Shown here one piece after another: positions 20,851-31,141 of a stretch of DNA of 64,000 nt; the stretch's first letter is position 1, and each line of letters begins with the position of its first letter. The notes beneath the pieces were generated by a model. That model was not told where the DNA came from. It saw nothing but the letters and a program-made list of their open reading frames with translations, and ran no database searches. The position numbers and the translations under genes were made by a program. The stretch is from Trypanosoma brucei. Its lineage: Eukaryota. Location: NCBI GenBank assembly GCA_000002445.1, contig CP000070.1:896001-960000 (forward strand). The letters are read 5' to 3'.

Positions 20851-23800
20851 TTAGAAACCTCGCCCAACGGATGATTCGCGGTTTGTTGAAGCGCGTCGGG
20901 AAGAATCACGGTTGCCCGAAGGGTGCCCGCTACTCAATCTCGAATCGCGGGATCGCATCTCTAGTTGCTTGATAGTTTCGGTGCGATTGCGGAATGTGGT
21001 GCGCTTTTCGAGTGGGATGTGGTCCTCATTGCTGGCGTTCTTGGTTGGATGCCACGGCTGCCAGTTGCCGGAGGTGAGACTCGCCCCGGGGCTGATTGAA
21101 AAGTTGTGCTCATCCAATCTCTCACTTGGCCGTCGGACAGAACTTCGCGGTGACCTGTTGCGGGTGTTGGCGGCGGCACCGACATCTGAACTTTCAGCCT
21201 CTGAGGTGGAGGGTTTCCCTTCGGCAGCCCGGGTTCGGCCCGCACTGTCGCCGCGGCCACGTACATTTTCTGCGGAGTCCCGCTGTCCGCTGAGTCTACC
21301 CTTCTTCGTTGCTGCCTCGGGTGAAACCGGTTTTTTCCCCGATCCGGAACGCTTCTCGGAGCCGCCTTGAGATGCTGCCTTCTTCTTTGCGCTACGCTCA
21401 TCTCCTTTGCCAATTGGCGGCTTCCGATCTGGGCTCGGTGTCGGTGGTACGTCGAGTTTCACTGTCCGCTGCTCCTTCCCACCTTCCTTCTCAAAGCGCC
21501 CCTCAGAGCCCTTCGAAGACAATCGTTCACCCCCTTCCTCATTACGCTTCGAGAGCGGCTGCTCCTCTGTGGGTTCCTCCGCCTTGGGCTCATCGAGCTC
21601 CTCCAGATCCTCCTCCGCCAATTCCTTTGGAGAACGGGTATATTCATCCTCCTTCACAGGATACCGTTCATCCGCACCAGCAAGTCCCTGGGGTTCATCA
21701 AGCTCCTCCAAACTCTCCTCTTCTGCAGTGCGCTTTGAAAGAGGCCCATCATCTCCATACCCCTCCTCATCGGCCGACTTACCCGCTGCCTCCGTGGGAG
21801 TGCGCTTTTCTTTGCTTTTTTTGGGGGATTTGCGACTTTTCTCCGATCCTTCTTTAGACTTGCCTGTTGTTTCTCTGGGTGATCGCTTCTCCTTTCCCTC
21901 TTTGGGGGACTTGCGGCTCTTTTCCGACTCTTCCTTTGACTTGCCTGTTGTTTCTCTGGGTGATCGCTTCTCCTTTCCCTCTTTCGGGGACTTGCGGCTC
22001 TTTTCCGATTCCTTTGGGGAACGCTTCTTCTTGCGCTCTCCTCCACTGGGATGTTGTTCGTCCTCAGCAGCGTGGCCCTGAGGATCATCGAGTTCCTCGA
22101 GATCTTCATCTTCCTCATTGCGCTTTGAGAGTGGCTTATCCTGTGCGGAGCGGTCGTCCTCTGCGCTCTTAGCCGCAGATTCATTGAACCTATCCGATCC
22201 CCTTTCTTCTTCACTGCGCTTTGAGAGTGGTCTCTCCTGTGCAGAACGGTCGTCCTCCGCGCTCTTCACCTGCTGCTCATCGAGTTCCTCGAGATCTTCA
22301 TTTTCCTCATTGCGCTTTGAAAGTGGCTTATCCTGTGCGGACCGGTCGTCCTCTGCGCTCTTAGCCGCAGATTCATTGAACCTATCCGATCCCCTTTCTT
22401 CTTCACTGCGCTTTGAGAGTGGTCTCTCCTTGGGGGAGCGTCCATCCTCTGCGCTCTTCACCTGTTGCTCATCGAGCTCGTCAAGATATCTGCCCCCCTC
22501 TTCTTCATTACGCTTCGGAGAAGTGCTCTTTGGTGACCGCGATGTCTGCCTGGCAGTGGAACCTTTGCTGTTACTTTTCCTTGAGCTCCTGGGGGAGCGC
22601 TTCTGCGACCGTTGCTTCGAAGGTGATTTTTCCCTTGCGGACCGCCCCTTCTCCGCACTCTTCTCGCGAGAGTCACTTGCATATTCTGAACCATCTTCGT
22701 TCCTCCTTGAAGAGAGCTGGTCACTCCTCATTTCACTCTGTCGTTTGCTCCCTCCCCGGCCAGATCGTCCGCTCGCGCCTCTCCTGGGACTGGAGCCTTC
22801 CTCCTCCTTTTCATTACTTAGCTCCCTCTTGGACTCACCGTCATCCTCCTCAGTGGATCGGATGAGCTTGTAGGAGACAAGGATTTCTCCCCTCTTCACG
22901 GTTTCATTTTGCGGGTCGTGCATTTTTACGGTCAAGGCATCACTGTCGTTGAGCAACTCAAAGCGCCCACTGCTCACAATTCTCTTGTCGTCAAGAACTT
23001 GAACGTCAATGAAGGCTTGCCCACCGTCCATCTCAATGAAGCGCACCTCTTGATTCCAAGTGATGACATGCGCTAAGCCGTCAGCCTCTACCACAGCTGG
23101 CGCAGAGTATGTTGAACCTTCCATATCACAAGCAAAGACGGAAACCTGTCCCTGCGCCAATGGTTCCCCTTCCCGGTCTGTCAGGTTGAGTCCACGAACA
23201 ACCGTCAAGAACAATGATTCACGTGGTCCTGATCCATCTCTCTGTCCAGTACGGTCATTTGACATTTGTGTACCCTGTCTATCTTCCTCATTACTCTTCT
23301 GAATGGTTGCATATGATATGATTCCCCACTCGACCGCGATCTCACCCCAGAGTACATCCTCTTTGACCTTGGATTCGACGAGCAAAACTGCAGAACCCTT
23401 GTGGTAAAGCTTCTCGAAGTCAAGTGGAACAGCACCGACCACAATGAGTTCTTCGTCTTCTTCGTTTTCGACCTCATCCTTGGTAACACAAATGAGAACG
23501 TGACCAAGTTTCTTGGGTGTAATGAGTTGCAGCATCTGCGAACGGTCCTGGGGCAAGTAGGTACATCCTCCCTTTCCGTAATATGGCGAGGACGACATGG
23601 CTCCCTCACTGTTGAATGTGTAGAGACCTGATTCTGAGCAGTTGTCGTCCGTGTCGCGAAGCAGACACAGCACACCACCGTTGTATGGGAGGGCGCCATT
23701 ATCTGTATATTGGAACAAACGGTGGACAACAAAGTTACAGTTAATGGGGCCGCCCTCAAGGTTTTGCTTCAAGGCCGCACCATCTGCATCGTCCTCCCCG

Positions 23801-24576
23801 TCACGCTTTACATACCATGACACAACGATGGAACCCATCGGCGTTTCCTTCATGCGACCGTAGCTGCGGTGCATCTCCCCTGCCGCACAAACCGGCAAGG
23901 TTTCCTCATCACCGCGAGCGCGATTACGAAGAGCATGTGGGGGGACAACAATACCTCCAAACATGTGGTCGTTTTCAGCTGGAAGTGTGTCATCAACGAC
24001 AAGCACCTCCAAACCCTCCTCCTCATTTGGATACGGGAACTCAAACAGCTCCTCCCACGTGCAGATGGCGCTTCTTCCACGGGGGACCTTTGCTGTTTGA
24101 CCCTCAAACGCACCACAGCGCACAAGGACAGAAACTGGATCACGTGGATCGACATTAATGCTCTTACCATGGTGTACCGTGACGATGAGACGCGTTGTAT
24201 TCGTCTGTCGTCGCGATTTCCGCAGTTCATCTAATGTCGTTGGCGGTAGGGGAATTGCAGGCTGGTTTAGTTCTTCGTCTTCCATGACCCGCTGCAGGTT
24301 GCTGGTGCGCGGGCGGGGGATTGAGGGATGTGGGTTCTTCGCGCGTTCCTCAATGATGTTGATTTGCATTAGCTTTTCACGCTCCAGTTCCTTCTCCTGC
24401 TTAGCAGTGCGCAACAAGTGGTTGCGGCCCCGTGAAGGATTGATCTCCGCGCAGCAACTGCAGGCGTAGTGAACTGGCATTTGATCGTACGTGGAAAACG
24501 GAGGAAACCCCTCCCGGCGAATGAGGGACGTGGCCGTGTCATCCTCATGGGGAAGTGGTTCACCGAATATAGACAT
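20851..24576 (-). CDS. C2-domain-containing protein with a central acidic/basic tandem-repeat region (1241 aa)
   Basis: The N-terminal roughly 600 aa contain two C2-like beta-sandwich segments ('LEVLVVDDTLPAENDHMFGGIVVP...' and 'LTVVRGLNLTDREGEPLAQGQVSVFACDM...VQVLDDKRIV'). These are followed by about three copies of an 81-bp repeat (SEKSRKSPKEGKEKRSPRETTGKSKEE) and about two copies of a 192-bp repeat (PLSKRSEEERGSDRFNESAAKSAEDDRSAQDK...). The PLSKR motif occurs at least 6 times. Confidence 0.6.
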   Translation of the reverse strand: MSIFGEPLPHEDDTATSLIRREGFPPFSTYDQMPVHYACSCCAEINPSRGRNHLLRTAKQEKELEREKLMQINIIEERAKNPHPSIPRPRTSNLQRVMEDEELNQPAIPLPPTTLDELRKSRRQTNTTRLIVTVHHGKSINVDPRDPVSVLVRCGAFEGQTAKVPRGRSAICTWEELFEFPYPNEEEGLEVLVVDDTLPAENDHMFGGIVVPPHALRNRARGDEETLPVCAAGEMHRSYGRMKETPMGSIVVSWYVKRDGEDDADGAALKQNLEGGPINCNFVVHRLFQYTDNGALPYNGGVLCLLRDTDDNCSESGLYTFNSEGAMSSSPYYGKGGCTYLPQDRSQMLQLITPKKLGHVLICVTKDEVENEEDEELIVVGAVPLDFEKLYHKGSAVLLVESKVKEDVLWGEIAVEWGIISYATIQKSNEEDRQGTQMSNDRTGQRDGSGPRESLFLTVVRGLNLTDREGEPLAQGQVSVFACDMEGSTYSAPAVVEADGLAHVITWNQEVRFIEMDGGQAFIDVQVLDDKRIVSSGRFELLNDSDALTVKMHDPQNETVKRGEILVSYKLIRSTEEDDGESKRELSNEKEEEGSSPRRGASGRSGRGGSKRQSEMRSDQLSSRRNEDGSEYASDSREKSAEKGRSAREKSPSKQRSQKRSPRSSRKSNSKGSTARQTSRSPKSTSPKRNEEEGGRYLDELDEQQVKSAEDGRSPKERPLSKRSEEERGSDRFNESAAKSAEDDRSAQDKPLSKRNEENEDLEELDEQQVKSAEDDRSAQERPLSKRSEEERGSDRFNESAAKSAEDDRSAQDKPLSKRNEEDEDLEELDDPQGHAAEDEQHPSGGERKKKRSPKESEKSRKSPKEGKEKRSPRETTGKSKEESEKSRKSPKEGKEKRSPRETTGKSKEGSEKSRKSPKKSKEKRTPTEAAGKSADEEGYGDDGPLSKRTAEEESLEELDEPQGLAGADERYPVKEDEYTRSPKELAEEDLEELDEPKAEEPTEEQPLSKRNEEGGERLSSKGSEGRFEKEGGKEQRTVKLDVPPTPSPDRKPPIGKGDERSAKKKAASQGGSEKRSGSGKKPVSPEAATKKGRLSGQRDSAENVRGRGDSAGRTRAAEGKPSTSEAESSDVGAAANTRNRSPRSSVRRPSERLDEHNFSISPGASLTSGNWQPWHPTKNASNEDHIPLEKRTTFRNRTETIKQLEMRSRDSRLSSGHPSGNRDSSRRASTNRESSVGRGF
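21815..22045. repeat. In-frame tandem repeat, unit about 81 bp, about 2.7 copies
   Basis: Direct repeats 'tttgggggacttgcggctcttttccgactcttcctttgacttgcctgttgtttctctgggtgatcgcttctcctttccctc' are visible in the sequence. Confidence 0.85.
22087..22490. repeat. In-frame tandem repeat, unit about 192 bp (two about 96-bp sub-units), about 2.1 copies
   Basis: 'catcgagttcctcgagatcttcat...ctcttcacctgctgct' is repeated with few substitutions. Half-units are related to each other. Confidence 0.85.
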
Positions 24577-25561
24577 TTACTGCACGCTCACCTCTTCTAT
24601 CTCTTTACAATGGTGCTTATTTGTTTTGCTACACTCCGCAGCAACACACGTACTTCCCTTTTACGTCTTTCTCTCCTAACGCAGGAAAAGTACAGTATCT
24701 TTTTTTGATTTTTTTTATATACAGAATATATATGTATATATAGAGCTGTATACAACACCTCTTCTCCTTTCTCCTTGCTTCTTTTCCTAAACTACTTTCC
24801 TCTTTTTTTTCTTTTTGCCGTTGAAATTCGGTTTTTTACAAATTGTCTGGGGCCTTACCTTCGATCTGGCTCTGTTTGATGCAGTTTTGTTGTGGAATAC
24901 TTTGATAACCGCTGCTGTTATAGTTTTTTCCTTTTTTTTCTTACTTCACAAAACGATGTGGAGACGACGAACAGAGAAGTACACATGGAGAAGTATAGAG
25001 AAATTAAAGAGAAAAAAAATAGGTGAATACAAAGCAATCAATAGTTCGACCAAAGGCGTGCAACGGAAAATAATAACAATAACAGGACCCGAAGGGCAGC
25101 ACAGAGAAAAGTTCAGCATTTAAAACGTATATATATATATATATATATATACGCATGGATATATACAGATATAAATGAGGTGTTGAGATGAAGTGTCGGT
25201 CAACGGACGTGTGCTGATGTCGCCTCCATGTTCATGTTCCTTTTTTTCCTCTCCACTCTCTAGACCCCGGCCAATCTTTCCAGTACTGCATTACTGTTTA
25301 CCGCCCTTTTTTCACCATTAGCCGTTTCCGTGTTCATCCACGCCAGCCCTCCCCCTTCCTCGGTGGCTTGCCTAAAGGGGAAAGGTTTTTTTTTGCAAAT
25401 ACATACATTCGACAACATGAAGGACGGGTCAAGAAGAAGAACAAAAAAGGGAAGAAAAAAATAAAAAATAAACAGTCACTCCTTCCCAAATACATACTGG
25501 TATTGAAGCGCTTCGCTGTTCGTGATGGTGCCAAGGCACAACATAGAGAGAAACTAGCAGC

Positions 25562-28500
25562 TCACCTGCCGGCTGCCATAGCAGCGGCATACACGTGTCC
25601 ACCCTTCGTACGTAGGAGTGCAACTTCTGTTCTCAGTGCATCAATTTCCTCTTGCTGTGCGGCAATAAGGAGACGCAGGTTACTGCGGTCTTCCTCCGTG
25701 GCAACGTTAATGCTATCGTACATTTTGCTGACAACTTTCTGTGTGGACTGCGCCAGCGACCTCTCGACACTCTGCCGGTCGCTCTCCTGGTCGCCGATGG
25801 TTTGCAGCAGGCTTGTGTTATACTCCAGGCTTTCATGTAATTTCTCTCGCAGTACTGCAATCTTTTTATCCCTTTTCCTCAGCTCCTTTTCCCACGACAA
25901 CTCCTCTAAGCGGAGTCTCTCCTTTAATTGCTCTACTTCTCGTGAGCCACACGAGGATTCTAAAACTTCCAAATTTACAATTTGGCCAAACTTAAGCAAC
26001 ATCGCCTCATATATCTTTTCTTCCCACTGTGTATGCAACGCTTGCTTCTCTGATCGTTCGCGTTGCAGGGCTTGCTGCTCTGCAACCATGCTTTTCAACT
26101 TTCCACGCCGATCGTGCTTTTCCTCAGCCAAAGCTCTAATCCGATCGTGTAGACCCGTTATAACTTTGTCTGACACGACCACTAAATCATTTCTACGGAA
26201 AGTATCTGGGCATCGCCCCTCTTCGTCGAGGCAGCGCACTTGACCACACCGCATAGCTACAAGAGTTTCCAACATATTCAACTGTTTACGCTTCTCTCCT
26301 TGAAAGTCTTCAATAGCCTTTAAACACGTAGAAACAGCCGCATTATTCTTGTCCGCAAGCGCTTTATGTTCCTCGATGCGCTGCTCCGTTGCTTCTAACT
26401 GACGCCGCTCCTCTGTAATGGCGTCCACGTAGTCCAACCGAACCTCACGCTTTTCGATTACTTCGCACCAGCGCTCCTCCGAGCAGTTTGGTGGACATAT
26501 TTCTTCCCATGCCTCATCTTCACCCATGTCGTCGTCATCGTCATCATCACTAGTGATATCATCATCGTTCCCCGACATGTCGCTGTGGTGTTTGCGTCGC
26601 TTTATTTGCCGCAGGAAAACCTTTGTGATATACGGTACATGTTCTGCGGGAAAGCTATTTGAAATGAAGATTTCTACCTCCCGACGGAACACTTTGTTGG
26701 CCTCCTGGAGTTTCTCAATGGACGCTGTCTGATCCTGCACAAGACGCTGCAGCTCCTCCATTTCTCTTAGACACCGGTCGCGTGAGTTCCTCGCTTCGTC
26801 GTAGCTACTTTGCAGCTCAAAATCTTTCTGACGGAACACCAATAAGATATTGTACTCACGAAACAACAACAGTGAGTGGGTATGGGCCAAACACAAATTG
26901 GCGTCCACCCTCGAACGTTCCTCGTACATACTCCACAATCGGACATCAAATTCATCCATCATTGCCTGTACTTGCGTGTGTAATCGTTGTCGCTCCGCGA
27001 GTAGTCGGTTCCTCTCAATTTGCAGCTCTTCCTCCTCCATTTCTGTGAGTTTTATATTTTCGTGCTTTACCCGTAGTTCATGGTTCATTCTCTCGCGTGC
27101 GGCTCCTGCAGCGAAGCCACCACCGCTAAAGGGCCTTCCACCCTTTGACGCCGCCAACGTGCCTGTACGTACGCTCCTCGTACGAGCCGCCGCAGTGCCA
27201 AAAGAGTCCCTATTGGCACTAATCGTTACCTTTCTACTATCCTCTCCCTCGCTGCGCCTTGTAGCAGGGGTGTCAGCGCCGCTGGTATCCGTATTAGTGG
27301 CGGGTTCACCAGTGGCGAGATCCGCACCGAAACCACGTTGTGCCTTTTTAGCCGTTTGCTCGCGCAATTTCTCTTCCTGACGCTGCTTCATAAATGCAAC
27401 GAGCCCGTCACGACTTATTTCAAAGCGCTTTCCAGGCATCTCCTCCGGTGTGAGCTTCACATCATCAGCGTGAAAACTCTTATCTTTCAACTTTTCGTTG
27501 ATGGCGCGTATGCGCTGCAAACTAACGTTGAGGGTTCCACACAACCTTTCCTTTTCGTCGCGAAGCTTCAACAGCTCATTGGAGAAGTTGTTGCGCATGT
27601 TGAAAATAATTTCCTCAAGGCGAATTAACTGCTGTAGCTTGATAACCGCAGAAGGCGCCGAGTGGTAAGAGGGATCTGTTCGCAAAATGCACTCGCCACG
27701 GCGCCGTGTTTCACGTCGCAGTTCCTCATTAAGGCTTGCCTCCTCCACCGCAGGATCTGGCTTGTGCGCAAGAAGCATCTCGTAGCCCTTCTTTCTCCAG
27801 TGCCGCTCCTCACGTCGTTCGTCCATTTTGTTGAGGTACTGTCGCATCGTCGTTGTTAGTATCTCCGCCTCCCGATGTGCTGCATTCATTTTTTGCTGTT
27901 CCCCCTCGTTCCGCTTCCTCTCCTCAGAATTTAGCCACCTTACAACCCCAGCGGCGGTTGACAGAGATAAATTACGAGGTGATTGCTGAGACGCCTCTCC
28001 ACTCGCCACGCTAACAATACCACGATCACCGTCACAGGCAAGACTGCTGCACCTTTCAGATCCAAGCAGCTCATCGATTTGTTGTTGGAATAGCTTGATA
28101 GATCCATCTACGTAAGGTGTGCGGAACGACGCAACGGAAAACTCTTTTGAAAAGCTTCGGACGAGGAAGCGGTCGTGGGCAAGGTTGTCAACAAATCGGT
28201 TCCGCATCTTCCTTGTACGAATATTTTCTCTGGCCAGTTCCAACGCCGTGGGTTTCCGTGACTCCTCAACGCGCTGACGCATTTCCTCCTGAAGCTCCCG
28301 GTATATCTGCGGATGTATTGTTATTTCCTCCTTCGACAGGCGATGAGTGAGCGCCAGAGATTGATTTTCCCGCAGAAGTCTGGCATACTTTTGATGCACA
28401 TCCTTCAGCTTATCCAAGAATAAATTGAGCTCACGCCGTTTCTCATCCTCGGCTCGGCGGCGATCATCAAGGTCCTTCTGCTCAGTTATGGAGAACGGAG

Positions 28501-30844
28501 CGAGTTGTGGCTCAACAATCTCCTCCGCCCTCAGTGGTTGGAGTTGGGCAACAGGCGAGGGGGGTTGTGGTGCAATACATCCGTCCAAGAGCTGTGCCAC
28601 AACCAGGCCATCCGACCCAACGGATACCAACATCTTGTCGTCAAAAGAGGTGCAGGCAGCTGCAATGGGCCCATCAAGTCTGTCATGTGCAGACGCCACG
28701 AGTATGGGCTCTAACCTTACTCTCCCCATCTCATCGAGTTGGCGCAAAAGCATCTGAGAACCCTCACATATAACAACAAGATACCTACCAGAATAACTCA
28801 TGCTGGAAGCCTCAGGGGTGTAGTCGCGATAGCACAAGTTCATTAACGGCTCCTCCACGTAATCTGGTGGTTCAATTCCTGTTGGTGGCAGTGGCGGAAG
28901 CTCCTTCTGACCCTCGTAGCGTACATGGAGTCCGTACTTGTAGAGAAGCTCTACTCCACCGGCCCCGATGGCAAAATCGCCGTCTGCCATAGGACAGATA
29001 AGCCGCACAGGCCAAGGTCCCAAATATTCTTCTTCCTCTTCTTCCTCTACGAAGCCCTCCCTCTCACCAGCAGACACATTTGCTTGCTTCTTTTCTACCT
29101 TTTTGCGCTGCCGAATACCTACAAGAGCGTAGTTGCACGTAAACTCATAAGACACGGATTGATCGACCATATCCCTCGTGGGGGCACGAATGGCGAGCAG
29201 CTTACCGCATTCAAATCCTATTAGGCAGCATGATGAGGCATCGTCCCACGCAACGCACGTTGCACCAGGCAAAGGGATCTTGCAAAATCCAATGGGCTCC
29301 AGCGATGAAAAATCGTCCAAAATGGTGAAAAAGAAAACTGTTCCGTGGGCAATAGTGCAAAGTCGATGCTCTGCAGCATCAACCGCGAACAGGGCAAGTC
29401 CATCGTTGTGGGGCCGCCACTGCCCGAGTAACGTAAATGCAGTGCTGCCACGCTTTACCAAGAGAACTGCACCACTCTTACAGCAGGCAAGGAACTTCTT
29501 TTTTTCCGGATCCTTTTGGAAGAAACGAAGACCAATCACCACATTTGGCTGAGGCAGACACATTTTGTACAACTCACGCGGTGTGACGTAGTCAACAAGG
29601 CGTATGGTGCCGTCCTCGCCACCCGTCACCACTGTATGATCAATTGGTGACAGAGCCGCGCTCGTTATGCTGCCGCCGTTGAATTCAAGAGCGGGAACGG
29701 CTTGCTCTTTCGGCTTCGTCACAGCGTTGTTTAATATGTCGTCCGGGTGTACGTATGGCACCCGCCACAACACACCAGCGCTGTCTAACACGACCCACTC
29801 GTCTACATCTTTGCAGTACGTAACTGAGCGAATAAAAGCACCCGCATGAACTAATATTTCGCCGAGACATTCGGGAACATAAAGTGGCGGCGCACCTTCT
29901 CCCTCAGCCACCTCTAGTTCACTTACTCGCCAGAAGCGAAAATAGCCATCATCTCCTGCAGTCATGAGTACGCGACCACCCTCCATCAGCTCCACAACAT
30001 TGATTGCACCTTCGTGGCATGGCGTGTAGTCATAACTCCGCGCCATAAACGTGGCTGCGGTGCCATCATCATCTTCTCTATCAACCTCGCGTGCAAAGCA
30101 GCATCTTATGAGATCACCCTCCCACAATATGATGAGGCCGCTCTCAGAGCCCGATATTACTTTTCCATCCGATAACACGACGAATCCGGAAACATTACTG
30201 ATTTCAAGGCGGCCGAATTTTCCCAGCAGGCCCTGCAGTTTTAGACCAGTGAAAGTGTTGGCCATTGTCCAAAATTTAATGTGTCCCGCACCACCCGACA
30301 CGAGCAGACCGCTATCGAATGGACTGAACAGTACTGTATAAACATCGGTGTTGTGACACTTGCTGCGGAGAACCATTCCACGTGACTCCCAGTCCCAAAC
30401 TGTAAGAAAGAAGTCCGGGTACATTCCAACGGTTGCCATCATGCTTCCATCTTTGTTGAAGGCACACGCACTAAATCCCTTCGTGGCGCCTTTAACAAAC
30501 TCACCCACTTCTGTGCGGGAGGGCCAACTATAGGCACGAATTGCCGGGTCACTGGGTTTTCTCTCACACACAACATAATACTGGCGTGATGGATGCACCG
30601 CGACTGCACCGACACCACCGTTTTCAGGTCCCTGCATTGACTCAATTGTGCCTTTGTGAACGTCTACAAACATTACGAACCTCCCCGAAGCCATGAGAAC
30701 AGTAGAGCCGGTGAGGGCACACACGCCGTTGTACCTCATGGAGTGAATGCCATGATGAGTAAAAATTTTGGTTCCTATCTTCGCCTGAGGATACACGTGA
30801 ATCGGAGGCTTTTCTTTGACCACCGCTTGTGCCGGTGCTGCCAT
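25562..30844 (-). CDS. WD40-repeat plus coiled-coil flagellar protein of the CFAP43/CFAP44 family (1760 aa)
   Basis: N-terminal WD40 beta-propeller blocks. The region '...GRFVMFVDVHKGTIESMQ...IRAYSWPS...FLTVWDWESRGMVLRSK...VLFSP' aligns by eye to the CFAP43/44 N-terminus (G.YVIFINIETKK...IYVYSFP...FELALWNWESS...MSFNP). The C-terminal half is long heptad-rich coiled coil with E and D runs. Confidence 0.5.
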   Translation of the reverse strand: MAAPAQAVVKEKPPIHVYPQAKIGTKIFTHHGIHSMRYNGVCALTGSTVLMASGRFVMFVDVHKGTIESMQGPENGGVGAVAVHPSRQYYVVCERKPSDPAIRAYSWPSRTEVGEFVKGATKGFSACAFNKDGSMMATVGMYPDFFLTVWDWESRGMVLRSKCHNTDVYTVLFSPFDSGLLVSGGAGHIKFWTMANTFTGLKLQGLLGKFGRLEISNVSGFVVLSDGKVISGSESGLIILWEGDLIRCCFAREVDREDDDGTAATFMARSYDYTPCHEGAINVVELMEGGRVLMTAGDDGYFRFWRVSELEVAEGEGAPPLYVPECLGEILVHAGAFIRSVTYCKDVDEWVVLDSAGVLWRVPYVHPDDILNNAVTKPKEQAVPALEFNGGSITSAALSPIDHTVVTGGEDGTIRLVDYVTPRELYKMCLPQPNVVIGLRFFQKDPEKKKFLACCKSGAVLLVKRGSTAFTLLGQWRPHNDGLALFAVDAAEHRLCTIAHGTVFFFTILDDFSSLEPIGFCKIPLPGATCVAWDDASSCCLIGFECGKLLAIRAPTRDMVDQSVSYEFTCNYALVGIRQRKKVEKKQANVSAGEREGFVEEEEEEEYLGPWPVRLICPMADGDFAIGAGGVELLYKYGLHVRYEGQKELPPLPPTGIEPPDYVEEPLMNLCYRDYTPEASSMSYSGRYLVVICEGSQMLLRQLDEMGRVRLEPILVASAHDRLDGPIAAACTSFDDKMLVSVGSDGLVVAQLLDGCIAPQPPSPVAQLQPLRAEEIVEPQLAPFSITEQKDLDDRRRAEDEKRRELNLFLDKLKDVHQKYARLLRENQSLALTHRLSKEEITIHPQIYRELQEEMRQRVEESRKPTALELARENIRTRKMRNRFVDNLAHDRFLVRSFSKEFSVASFRTPYVDGSIKLFQQQIDELLGSERCSSLACDGDRGIVSVASGEASQQSPRNLSLSTAAGVVRWLNSEERKRNEGEQQKMNAAHREAEILTTTMRQYLNKMDERREERHWRKKGYEMLLAHKPDPAVEEASLNEELRRETRRRGECILRTDPSYHSAPSAVIKLQQLIRLEEIIFNMRNNFSNELLKLRDEKERLCGTLNVSLQRIRAINEKLKDKSFHADDVKLTPEEMPGKRFEISRDGLVAFMKQRQEEKLREQTAKKAQRGFGADLATGEPATNTDTSGADTPATRRSEGEDSRKVTISANRDSFGTAAARTRSVRTGTLAASKGGRPFSGGGFAAGAARERMNHELRVKHENIKLTEMEEEELQIERNRLLAERQRLHTQVQAMMDEFDVRLWSMYEERSRVDANLCLAHTHSLLLFREYNILLVFRQKDFELQSSYDEARNSRDRCLREMEELQRLVQDQTASIEKLQEANKVFRREVEIFISNSFPAEHVPYITKVFLRQIKRRKHHSDMSGNDDDITSDDDDDDDMGEDEAWEEICPPNCSEERWCEVIEKREVRLDYVDAITEERRQLEATEQRIEEHKALADKNNAAVSTCLKAIEDFQGEKRKQLNMLETLVAMRCGQVRCLDEEGRCPDTFRRNDLVVVSDKVITGLHDRIRALAEEKHDRRGKLKSMVAEQQALQRERSEKQALHTQWEEKIYEAMLLKFGQIVNLEVLESSCGSREVEQLKERLRLEELSWEKELRKRDKKIAVLREKLHESLEYNTSLLQTIGDQESDRQSVERSLAQSTQKVVSKMYDSINVATEEDRSNLRLLIAAQQEEIDALRTEVALLRTKGGHVYAAAMAAGR

Positions 30845-31141
30845 TTCTACCAGTTTTTTCCCCCTTTCTACAACGATTTATGTGAACGAAAAGTAACTAA
30901 GAAGCAGACGCCCCACAAGGAAAGGAAAAGAAAATGTTTCACTATGTGAAGGTGAATAAGTTGAGTGGAGACGTTGAATGGGACCAATTTGCTCAATACA
31001 CATGCGGGAAACAAGGAAGCACAAAACTTCCTTCACTCTCCACTCCCCACCAAGAGGACGATCGTTCTTTATGAACCTTCCCAATCGGGAAAAAGAAGTT
31101 CAGCACCTTCACAGAAATTTTTAAAGGAAGGATCGTCACGA

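Noticed and set aside
22118-22873. 251-aa plus-strand ORF (also 21407..22081 and 22413..22865)
   Set aside because: It lies antisense to or overlapping the repeat region of the minus-strand C2-repeat gene. The translation is S/L/R-rich low complexity, as expected from reading charged repeats on the wrong strand.
25368-26243. 291-aa plus-strand ORF
   Set aside because: It is entirely antisense to the 3' end of the CFAP43/44-like gene. The Ser/Arg/Cys-rich translation is typical of the antisense of E/K-rich coiled coil.
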